Shown: one piece after another, positions 40,601 to 52,600 of the stretch | How positions within the stretch are numbered: the first letter of the stretch is position 1 | Layout: every line of letters starts with the position of its first letter | DNA from: Laetmonice hystrix | Lineage: Eukaryota | DNA length: 64,000 nt | Direction of reading: 5' to 3' | Assembly: GCA_965235115.1 (NCBI GenBank) | Contig: OZ249439.1 | Coordinates: forward strand, 19,530,001-19,594,000 | Position numbers and translations under genes: made by a program | The notes under the pieces: generated by a model | The model's input: only the letters and a program-made list of their open reading frames with translations | The model's database searches: none | What the model was told of the DNA's origin: nothing

Positions 40601-43600
40601 ACGCAGCTCGAAGTGTCCTCCCAGGCGAAACAGGGGGCCAGTACCCCCACCCCCACCCCCACCACCACCCCCACCACCACCACCAGAACCACCACCAGAA
40701 CCACCAAAAAACACAGTAGAGAACGTCTATTCTTAATTACCAAAAAGGTGTCATTATTCACTGAAGATCCGTCACCTAACTAACCCTCAATAATGCGCTT
40801 TCTATGTTGAGGAAATATATCTCATGTCCCTACATTTCATTGATAGAATGACTTAGGTGATTTGTGTACTCCTTTTGCTGTGATATATTAGCCACCTAGA
40901 TAGACAAAACCGGAGTGATGCATTCAGTAGTTCTGGTTTGTCATTTTGGTCACGTGCCTGTTTTGAACTTTGCCCCCTATATCTATTCGCTTGTTCCTAG
41001 CTTTCCATATCCACAGCATGTGGCGAGTCTTTAAAAAAACCTGTTCTTTGCTTTAAGACTTCTCTAACCTATCCACAAGTGATTTATGGAATTTTTTTAT
41101 TAATTCTGGCTATTACCTGAGGGCTGTCGTATCTGGTTAACAATCGACAACTCGTTCTCTGTCTGAAGAATATCTAGTAAAAAATAGCTGTATTTTCCCT
41201 TAACAATTACAGGGATCATACCATCTTGTCACATATTCTCTGTCAGAATAGTGCCAGGCCCAAGTCCGTTGGACATTGTTGCCCATAATACCCATGACGC
41301 AATAATATGAACAGCATTAAAATACCATTTATAGCAGTTTCTGTGATGAATACGATCATAAAAAACTGTCTAAGCCAACAGAGAGTGGTACCTTAACTGA
41401 CATACCACACGTGTATATATTTTGTCATCTCTTAGAGGACATTTTCACTTTTTGAAAGTCGTTAACATGAAGAAGGTGGAAAAATCTGCCTTCTTACTCC
41501 GATGTATCTGTTTTGGCAAGATGCTCATCAGATGAAGTGACACAATTATGACATGCCACTGCACCTTAGAAAGCATTCATCCGTAGGTGGCCTCCCCGAG
41601 TGAATCTACGTAGTGGTGCCGTCCATCAGGCTTTTGCGTATATACGTACCCCGCACTCATAACTTCTATAAGGGCACTCTTCTGAATGGCATGACATATA
41701 TGACAGTTAATAGGGAAAGACCACAATTATTTGTCATATATATGATTGAGGGCAAAACATTCTTAGCCTAACATATAAATACAGAAAGCAACGAGTCTCT
41801 ATTTCCTGTGAGACACGGTGCTTATGACCTTATTTCTGTGCTTTTATACTCTAAGAAATTAGTTTCAAAACAAACTGCTTGCCATGTTGTAGAACCATAG
41901 GGAGTAAGTAGACTGTAACCTGTGTTCTGTTTATATACATGCTTACAAAAACGGCCACCGTCAATGCCGTCGGGCACACGTTGAAATGCTACCAACTATC
42001 CATATTTACCGCACAGCACAGTAGGTATGGCAACATCTCACAACATTCCTTGAGAGGGTTTTCTGATCTAAAAAGTCTAGTCGTGACCTTTGGCCTAGAG
42101 AAACACAGCACAGAGATCTATGTATACGTCGAACCAACCGACATTACTTTTGTCTATATATATGTCACACTCATACAGAAAATGATTACATGTAATAACT
42201 TAACTGAACTATGGATAGTTTATAATATCATGATAGCTAGGGATGAAATTTATAAGAGAATCAATATAGACAGCTCTTTCAATTTTCAAAGAATCTGGAG
42301 AACAGTTTTTTCTCCCCCAATTTGACTCCTGTGTTTGAAATATCGTCCGGAATTCTACCCCAGACGGGTACTGTAGGAAGGAGACACGACAGGCTGTCAG
42401 GAGCTTGACCGAGTTTTTAAATACGGACTAACAGGCTATTGTGACCAAGAAGAATAATTGCCAAGCCACTTGACGACTTTGACACCTTTAACTACTGTTC
42501 ACAGGGTTTCCTTCAGGCCCTTTTTAGGGGGGGGGGGGAAGAGACCTCCCCCCCCCCCCATTATTCAGCTACTCCCCCCCCCCAAAAAAAAAAATTCCCA
42601 AGGGGAAATATTTTGCATTACTCTCCCCCCCCCCCCAAACTCGCAGCATCCCCCCCCCCCAAAAAAAAGTCGAAAATCTCCAGGAAAGCCTGGTTCATTA
42701 GCTTGCTCCGAGTTACCACAACCACTGATTCCTGGTGTATTAGTATATAATCATTGACACCGTCTAATTTCCACTGGATTGGCGAGATGTGTTAAGTCTT
42801 AACACATCTCGCCAATCCAGTGCCAACCTTTGATTGAAGATATTTCTTCCTCAAAATCCTCTTATAAAAAAAGGATCATGCCTAAATCTAAGGAAAGCCG
42901 TTGATAGATAGTACTATAGTCTACAGTAATTATATTTCCAAAGAGATCATCTAAAAAGCATATTCTATACTATCACTGTGCTATGGCCACAATGTCAAGA
43001 TTGAACCAGACTTTTGGAATGGAAGGGGCGAGACAATGTAATCTTAGTTCATGGTCTCACAACCAGGTGGCAGCGTAGAAGACTGCGGTGTCGTTGTGCC
43101 TGCCACCTAGTGGTAAAAGATGGTCCATATGCCTGTATTCAGTCGGCAATGGTCAGGATGTGAAACTTGCGGGCATCATTACCAGTATACAACATGTATC
43201 TGATTTAGACTCTCTTTGTCCCGTTTTGAAGCACTAACATGTTCGTTCCATTATACATGTATCTCGGTCCATGCTCCTTCTACCCGACCGGACTGGCTTA
43301 TTTTTCGTAGACCTGTTTAGTTCAGGCCGACACTGTCCCGACACAGATCTCCGACCCCTTTGGTAAGCTAACATTAGCAACGTACATGTATGTACATATA
43401 TCCATAATTCTAATCACTTCTTTATTCGGGTTAAAAATCCTGAAAATAGTTATTTCAACGATTGGGTCACCAATACGGATACAGAGAACAAAATGCTCTA
43501 TATGGATAAAGAATCTATCCATCTACAAATACAACCGTACGATTCCAAAACAAATATCATGATGCAGAGTGAAGATATTATCTTCAGTTACGGTGGAAAA

Positions 43601-46600
43601 TTGGCTAGTTGTCTCAGAGGCAGCTATAACTTGGTGCTGGTACCACACGAACGTCCCACATCAATCGGTACTCTTTTTCTCCTCCATCCCCCCGGCCCTC
43701 TCGCTGTAGATCGCCACAATCAGCAGAGCCCAAGGACCAGCCAAGGTAATCTACCTCCTCTCTCATAAGGCCCTCATAAGATAGCCATCAGCTGGGTCGA
43801 TCCCCAAGGGCGAGATGCCGACCATGCAACCTTCAGACCTCTTTCACCAAGGATACATCACTGCATCCTTCTGGCACTGCCATGGCCACTGTCAAAAAGG
43901 CACTGGACTACAAATTAAGGTCCTACATCCAGAGTGTTTTGAGGGGGGAGCCCTCTTGGTAAAAAATGCTAAATCCTTTGGGGGAATACCCCTCAAAATA
44001 ATCATATCAAATTTCAAAACTGTTTGAACCAAGCAGTTTCACGACCAAATGCCTTCTATTCTTCGTATAAAAGCCCAAATATTCTAAATGGCAGACAGCT
44101 ATACTTTAGAAGAGCTCGGGAGAGGAAACCACTCTAGCAGGATGATGGAAGGTCACGCAATATCCCGAAATGCCTCTGTAGAGAGCTGTTATTGTGCCAC
44201 CAAATTGCCTTCCTGATGGATCAGCTCATGGCGGTAGCTCATATCGTTGTCCTGACAACCTTCATGTTTTGAACACTCCAACAAAGAAACAAGAACCCCC
44301 GGTAGTTGAATCCCTGGTCAGGGCACCATATAGTATCAACGCAATATTGGGAATACATTGTATATTTCTTTTCTCATCATTCTGTTCAGAGTTCTCCCTG
44401 AACCAGTAGAATCTCGCTACATGCATCCAGCCACGTTTAATATTTCTGAGGCACTCATCCATCCTTTCCCGGCTATGCTGAAATCCCAACAGCCTTATAA
44501 TTATAGGGTCATAGGCGTAGGAAGCTCTTTTTGGTTGGGGGGGGGGGGGGGGCTGAAGGTTGGCGGGGATATACTCCGTGCACGCCGTAGGCGGGCCCTG
44601 GCGAGGGGGGGGGGCAGGGGGCCCTCCCCCAGAATTTTTTTTCAGGAATGCCGGAGACGCGTTTTCTGCGCATCTCGGAGCAAAGATCTCTCTCAAATCT
44701 ATCAACAAAATTCCATCATATTTATGCGTGATACATAGAAGATCGACCAAGAAAGCACCCAAATGTTGGCGGGGGGCCTGAAACACACTTCAGCCCCCCC
44801 CCCCCCCCCCCCACTTTTGATATTGGGGGGGGGGGCTGACGCCCCCCCCCCCCCCGCGCCCCCCGGTTCCTACGCCTATGAGGGTGCTTCATCCGCTGGT
44901 ACTGCACTTTCTCTAGAGGTCTTTTTAAATTACTGACTGGATACCCACTGGATACAATCCTAATACCGTATTCCTAGTATTCACGACATAATCATTCAGG
45001 GCAGGTTGCAGGTGTAGTACGGTGATTAGATCGTGAATCCAACCTTCATTCATTGCGACGTGTGTCTGGTTCCTGGTATGTGAAATATGCACACCTGTTT
45101 ACCGCGTACATGATGCAGGTGGAAACGGATAGGATGGCGAGTTAACACAGGTGAGACAAATTGTACCTGCCAGGATGCCGGACATTATGAGAACCACACA
45201 GAAGGTTCCAACTCTAAATGCTTCGTTTCTATCTCACAAGGCAGCTTGCAAATCTTTCACCAACTCCTTTTGACCAATAATTTCATTTTATGGCATTTTC
45301 TGGACACCTTCACTGAACTACAAAGGATCTTCTAGAAATATAAGATTACCATCCAGAACACAAGCCATGGTATGATCTATTACCCCACTACGTCTCGGAA
45401 CAATTACACTTTCCTGTATGTAGGTCTGACGCTGCTGTAGGTTCACACTACATCCGGGATGTCTGGGTCATATTGTAAAACCGATTTTTTAAGACGGCTC
45501 AATTTTCAATGTTCTGATCTTCGGTTGATACCACCGTTACTATACTTTCATGCCCATATATCAGGTGACAGGCCACACACCGTAAACACGAATCGACCTT
45601 TATGTAACGCCTCGGTACTGGCGTAAACGGTTACTATTTCAAACCGGTTACCAGGTAATTATCTAACTATCTAATGTGTGACAGTCTTAATCATCTGCAG
45701 CAAGTACAAGGAAGCAGATAGGAGGCAATCTGTCCAAAGATTACTTATCGTACGAGATGACGTTTTTATTGGTCAGTCAAGCCTAAACGGAAAGTAGACA
45801 AGCCCAGGTTATCATGAGCACCAGTATCTGCACGTTTAAAATCTGAAAAATAGAGATCTCTAACAAAAAATAACATCTCTACCCTTGAGTTTTTCACGGC
45901 TGCCTTGACCAAAAACGCCTATACTCCTCCCTTCACCATTTCGACAGTGGTCACAAAATCTTTTCGCCATCACAGTTAATGAATTCAATGCGTGTATCAT
46001 CCTTTCACACGCCCACTATTCTAGGTTTTGTAAAAACCTGATAATGAAACCGGTGGATCATACCATTAAATTTACATGATGCACTTGAAACCTCGCCGTC
46101 CTGCTGTCTGGGCCCGGACACCACCGGACGTGGACGGGGAGGCTTGACTCGGAGTGGCCGGGTGATGGCGGCTTTCAGAACCCACTCACGTATGCCCAGG
46201 CTGGGATCCGACTCCAACTAGCTGACAAATTCAACCGCCCGCCGGGAGCTTACTGAGGCCTTGGTGGCTCGCCCACTTACTTACTGTCTAGCGGCGGAGA
46301 GGTCGGTCAGTGAACCGCTGACTTTGAAAGGTGGACGGACTGCACATCAGAAAAAGGCGTTTTTTTGGGTTTTTTTTTTTTGGGGGGGGGGGGGGGGGTG
46401 GGTCATTTGCCAGGGCATCTAAGGGACAGTCTCTCCGTCTGCAGTAAAGCACTGAACCTTAATCATCTACGACCACCTAACCTGTCTATGGATGTCACTG
46501 GGGCTTCACTAATACACCATCTGTGTGTGTCTTGGTGAAGTGGGGTTTAAATGTTTAATCTGTTCTCAGGCTGAGAGAGAAATGCCCAAATAGCGGTTGT

Positions 46601-49600
46601 AAATCATGATCTGAACGTCAATTCTCATAAAGGTTTTCAGCCGGGAGAACATCAAAATAAGTCATCTCAGGTACAACATAATAAAATGTAGCGAACCTTT
46701 CCCATTCAAGGTCATCATGAGTATGAAGCAACAATTTTAGGTTAATGTACCATGTAGTGGTACATCAAAGCATCATTATTTTATGGACAGTTATATCCCT
46801 GAACCTAACGGTATTTGCACAGAGAACGCGCAATATCATTTATTACATTGTATTTCGACAGTATCAGTGATTATACTGTTATACCATTATTCTCCCATAT
46901 CGAGTTCAATCTTACTGATCGATGATTAGAGCAGACCCATTAAAACCCTCCATACACAAAAGTACCGGTCGGGTAATAATTACCCTCAATTTGAGATCCT
47001 AACTTGAATGTAATTAGGGCATCACAATCTTCACGACAATCATGATTACCGGTAGGTTCATGTTAGATTCTGTAGTGTACTACAGTATTAGGTTAAAGTT
47101 TAACTTTCTGAATGTGTTATGTTGGGGTAGAACTCACTCATCATCCTCCTCCTCCTCGGTGTCATCTGTCTTGCTAAGCCTTAGAACATCCGTCGTGGAC
47201 TTGGACTTCAGGTGCACACTCGTACCACCTTCGTCCTCTTTCGATTTCGTTCTCTTCCGACTGCTGAAGAATCTTTTCATCTTCTTAAATGGTTGGAACT
47301 TTTTTGTCTTCCCATGTTTCGCATCTAAAAAAAACAGGAAACGTTAAAAGGTGATCACACTGAGGTGATATACATGTATACATTCTTTTTGCGAAAATAG
47401 ATCAAAGATGTCCCTGTATCATATCAATTAGTCGGTTTTAGACCGACGGATTCAATTTAATTTTGCTGAATGCTGACTGGCCCGGCCGCCCGGCTGATTT
47501 TGCTATGGTTGGCCGTGGTGGACAAAAATCAAGAAGGCCTCTCACCGAAAACATAAAATCATGTATTCGTGATTTTTCATTTTACGGCCAATCATAACGG
47601 TAAAATGCCTAAATCGGCCGGCCGGCCGGCTGGGTCTGTGGATCATGCCCTTTAGTCTGCCTCAGTCGGTCATCACCATGATGTTCCTAAAATATTTAGC
47701 TCCTCAAATATTTGACTGAGCTAAACGTCACAGACTCAAAGGTCTGAGGGTTCAGGAAAGAAAAGTATTAAAGAAAGGATTCTTGAGGTGAAGGCATCCT
47801 CACCTCCGACGGTATGAACGTTTCTGTTTTTCTATTTATATAATCACCTATGAATTTTTACTCTCTGGAATTAATAAAAATATACTCAAAATTTAAATTA
47901 ATGTTATTGGGCGTGTTTGCTGTCCGGACGCAGTATGTTTACAAACATATATTACTGACTCAAAAGAAAAACTTGAAGACTGGTATGTCCTGATCCATTT
48001 TCTCTAAGAACGGTGAGTCACTCCTTCAATGGAAATATAGGAGACTTTTTCCAGTCTTTATAATGTGACTGCCAGATGCGAGTAACACGTCCAGTTCATC
48101 TAGCAAAACAGATCCGGAAGGCTGATAGGATTTCAGACAATAAGAAAAGCCAAAGAAAATTTCCCATCTGGTAAAAACCACTGACTCGCCCAAGTACGAT
48201 ATCTTATTTAAGACGTCACTAAAGCAATGAGCACAATAAGGACAATGACCCAGAAACCATACAAATCCGCCACTCTTGGCTGGAGATATTCCGGGCACGG
48301 ATCGACTGGTCGTCTACGTCAGTTTCTCCTCCAGTAATTCGATCTTCGTGCTTTTAAAGCGAGGGCTGTTTATACCGAGTTTAGCGATAGACGGAATTGG
48401 AACACATGACCAGGCATAGATCTGTCGGACAGTCCACTACACGGTCCTGGTGTGACTTTACCCGAAGGTAGGTTAACGGGGTCATCATCAATTATAATTT
48501 TAACATCTATGAACGGATGTTCACTGCCTACAGGTGAACTCGAACACCTGAGCACATCAATCAATTTCATTTCTGCATTGTCATAATAATTATTCTTTAC
48601 GTGAGAAATGTCTACTAAATTTACAACACTATAAGTGTGTCATGTACCGGTACCATCACGCCCAAATTAATAGACTCTACATCTAGTACCGTACCATACG
48701 CCATGTATGCAACTGACCGGCATTATTAAATATTTAATATGACTAGAGTTTCCCCTCGATATGATATAGCTGACATACCCTGACCTAAACCTGACCGACG
48801 AAAAATATATCATATCGCTTCAATACTCATGACCATTCTTTGAAGAATCTGGGCAGTCAGATGGTATAGGTCAGTAGCTTGACAATATAATTATTGCCCT
48901 TCCCCCCTTGTCGACCCGAGATCAATTTTCCGCTTATGTGCAGCAGACTTAGCGCTAAAGTTGGAAAGCAGTAAAGGAAGTCCTACATTATCGGTGATTG
49001 CATTAACATGTATGCAGATAGCCAAAATCAACGATGTATTGCAGAGACAATGTCCCAAAATGTTTGCTAAACGTCTATACCTTGGACACGCATGGAGGGC
49101 ACAAATGGGGAGCAGCTACCTGGAAGAACACTTTTCATACAGGAGTAACTGCTTTTAGCTTTTAGTATAATATAATAAGGCAATCTTTTAAACTGCATAG
49201 TAAATGAGATTAGATGACGGTCGATGTGGCCTCACTAAACATCAATGTTAACATAAACTTCAGACTACAACGTACATGGATCTGCTTTATTAATCACCAT
49301 GTCCTTCAGTCCTAACTCTGTCTTCAAATACATTCATGATGTACACGTACCCGGTATATCTTTGCCATGAACAAAATGTACATGTCCCCTGAAAGTCGCT
49401 GGATATCAATATGTGCTATAATATTACAAAAGTGTTGTGGCTTGGTGTTTAGTATCCTACAAATTACAATGGTGGAGAACCCCTTGGGGAGTCTGGTTCG
49501 GCCGGGTACGCATTCTGCCGCTGGTTATATGGCCTGGGCCCAGGACGCTGCTCCAGACTGGCCCAAGCCTATTACTGAACCAATATCAAACTACCATTCA

Positions 49601-52600
49601 CTATCCCCCTAGGATCAAGTGCCTGATATAACAATTACTTGCTAGGTATGACCCACAGGGTATTTACTCCCAGTGGTGTTTAATCATCCTCCAAACATTT
49701 TTTTTAATGTATCAAACACTTTGAGTGCGACGGGGTGTGTTTGTGAGTGCGTTTTGGGAAACGGATTACTAGAGGCAGGCGAACCAAATACTAATCACGA
49801 CACATTCATGAATATAATACTAAATATAAAAAGTTGTAATTTGCTGATAATTAAATGAATTTATTGCTTGCTTAGGCATTATTATTTCCACTTGGGTGAG
49901 CTTGGATAAAACGGAATGTCTAAATACTTCTACTCCCGCCGGCGTCATTACTCTACCAACACCGATCTATTGAAGAAATGAGATTTCCTTGTAATGACTA
50001 CTCTTTACTTAATCCTCGTATGTTGCATTCACCAATGTAAATCTGAGATTGTCGTCTGAACAACATTATATTTATATGGACCATTATTATTTATGTCACC
50101 TTAATCGGCCTTACAATTAAAGGAAATCTGACTGAGTAATTGACTCACGTCCAATAGAATCTTTATTTGAAGTAATTATTTGAATTCTCAATTTAAGACA
50201 AACGTATCTTCGATGCCCCATAAATAGTTTATGAATCACACCTTCCATACAGGAAAAAAAATGTTTCCACGAAAAGTGCGTGAGAATATTGCATCAAAAT
50301 CACCATGCAGAGACCTGCATAATTAAATTCTGTTGTATGAATTATTGCTTCCGACTGATTTAAGTAAATCTATGCGTTACTGTGTAAGCTACATGTGCCA
50401 CCTACGTTACAGATCTAACAGGTACCTCGTGTTACAAGTGTCCTTGGTACCACGGCAGTGCATGACTGATTTGATGCAAATCTGTCTCAATGAATTAAGC
50501 ATTTTATTATTTATAGGTACGTATTCTTACAGGGTTCTTTTGAAACATACTGAGTTCCTCAGCTAAAGACTTCCTAAGTACAAATAACCAGCCATAAAGG
50601 TATACTAGGGAGACAGATCAGGCTATCGAAACCAAGTGTAGTGACTTAGAGACAATATTCTCCTGGTGACGTGTCTGCCATAATTGTAAGGTCGAGAATA
50701 AAATGTCAATTGAATTTGATTGCGTGTCATTTTATTAAAATATGCATCACTTTTGCATTTGTAATTGATCAATGCTCTGATGGGGATGAATGAATAATAG
50801 TAAGAGAAAGTTACGTTCCCGTCACAGAAATCACTTTTCAGAACACTCGCTGAAGCACTGCATGGTGTCACGTTTTCCACTTCATGGACATAGAAAGGAA
50901 ACATTGATTTTCTCTGCAAGTGTCACAATAACTATCAATCAACTATTTATGCTTTCAAGTTCACTAAAAGCTGTGTGGGCCACTCTGCTATCTGATTTTA
51001 TGAGACTATAAAACTATGTATAACCTTTGGCTGTGTATAAACATTTTGTACGGAAATGCACAAACACGTTCAGTGTCGGAAGAACTATAAAACATCTTAT
51101 CGAAAACAAAATCCACCACTTCACCGCTGGTACCCCTGGACAGGTGTGTCTGAAGGAGACCAGCCAATAAATTATACAATAAACCAAGATAGAAAGAACA
51201 TCTGTGTAGTAAATACACATGTATAGCGCATGCATCTATTTTATCAGCATGATAACACACAAAGATGACCTAAACTAACAGAACTAAAGCTGTGCTTATA
51301 TTCAAATTCATATGCGCCTTGAAACCTTGGCTCATGACCAGAATCTTTTAGCATTTTCACCTGACTCGATGCTCAATCTAAAAACGTGCTGGCAGAGGAG
51401 TCTAAAGTAGGCAGCGTGACCGAGCCTAACACGCACCATTTCATCTACCTTCGAGTACTCGAATGAATGAGGATATAAGAGGGCAAATTTACCTCTCTTA
51501 GCTTTTTGTTTTAACTTTCATACTTTGTCATATTCAAATGAATTCAGTCTGGATACCAATGGATGTCATCTGTACCCGTAATTCTAGCTATTTTACATGT
51601 AATAAATTAATAAGCAGACAGATATGAAAGTACTGAAATCGAAAATAACTCAGTTGAATATATTTCAATGTTAAATGACTACCTTGATTTCGTGCAACAT
51701 TGTTTGTCTGAATAAGGAAACCACTGAAATCACTAAATCGTGTACACGTAGGCCTACTTAAAAGCCACTGTATGGTGCAGGGCGTCTTTGGCCTCCTCAC
51801 TCCCTTTTAAGCCTGGGTTAGATCTATTCTGCAAAATAAAAGCTAAACACTTTTGGACAAAAACTCAGTAAAACCCAGTTTCCACCTACAAGAACTGCTA
51901 CATACGATGTTTGAACCGAACTGTCCCGAAATGGAGATCGTGGTACGCTTTGGCGCTATGACAACACAAATTGTTATTACCTACGAAGTAGCTACATGTT
52001 TACGAACCGCTATACTAAAAACGAAGACCTACAAAATCCTACAAACAGCCTACGATCTTTCTCACGAACTGTGGTGAACTAAAGCTAGCCTCACACAGTG
52101 CAATTTTCTATACGAGACGATACCCTTTCGTATCTTGGCGTATTGTATTGTAGACACGTATTTCATAGCTGATACCATGACATAGCAATTGATGCTGACT
52201 TGGCATTTTACAACCGCCCAAATCAACTCCTAATACCATTCGCAAAGTCCCTGGCACCCTACCATGACAAGGTTTAGCGTTCATACTGGAGTTACTCAGG
52301 GTATGATCCCTCCACCCCCGAGCTGCTAACTCAGCCATCCATCCACTCAGCCAGGGTCCTCTAAGCCTGAATAGATACAGGTCACAAGCACTACATAGCT
52401 TATTACCCGGCGGAACTCCTCAGACTCAACTTCCCCCATAATAATGATGCCAGTAGTAGTAGAAGTATGGTTCTCTATTCACCACAACATACAGGAGCTA
52501 TCCGCGGTCAATGTTCGCCCAAAGACACAAATTACCAGGTAAGCGTGACATCCGGGAAAGCTATTTCTCAGCCGGAAATTGAATGGTTCCTGCTGCAAGG

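Noticed and set aside
44194-44907. ORFs of 174, 126, 73 and 61 aa
   Set aside because: They are created by stop-poor G/C homopolymer runs of the MITE.
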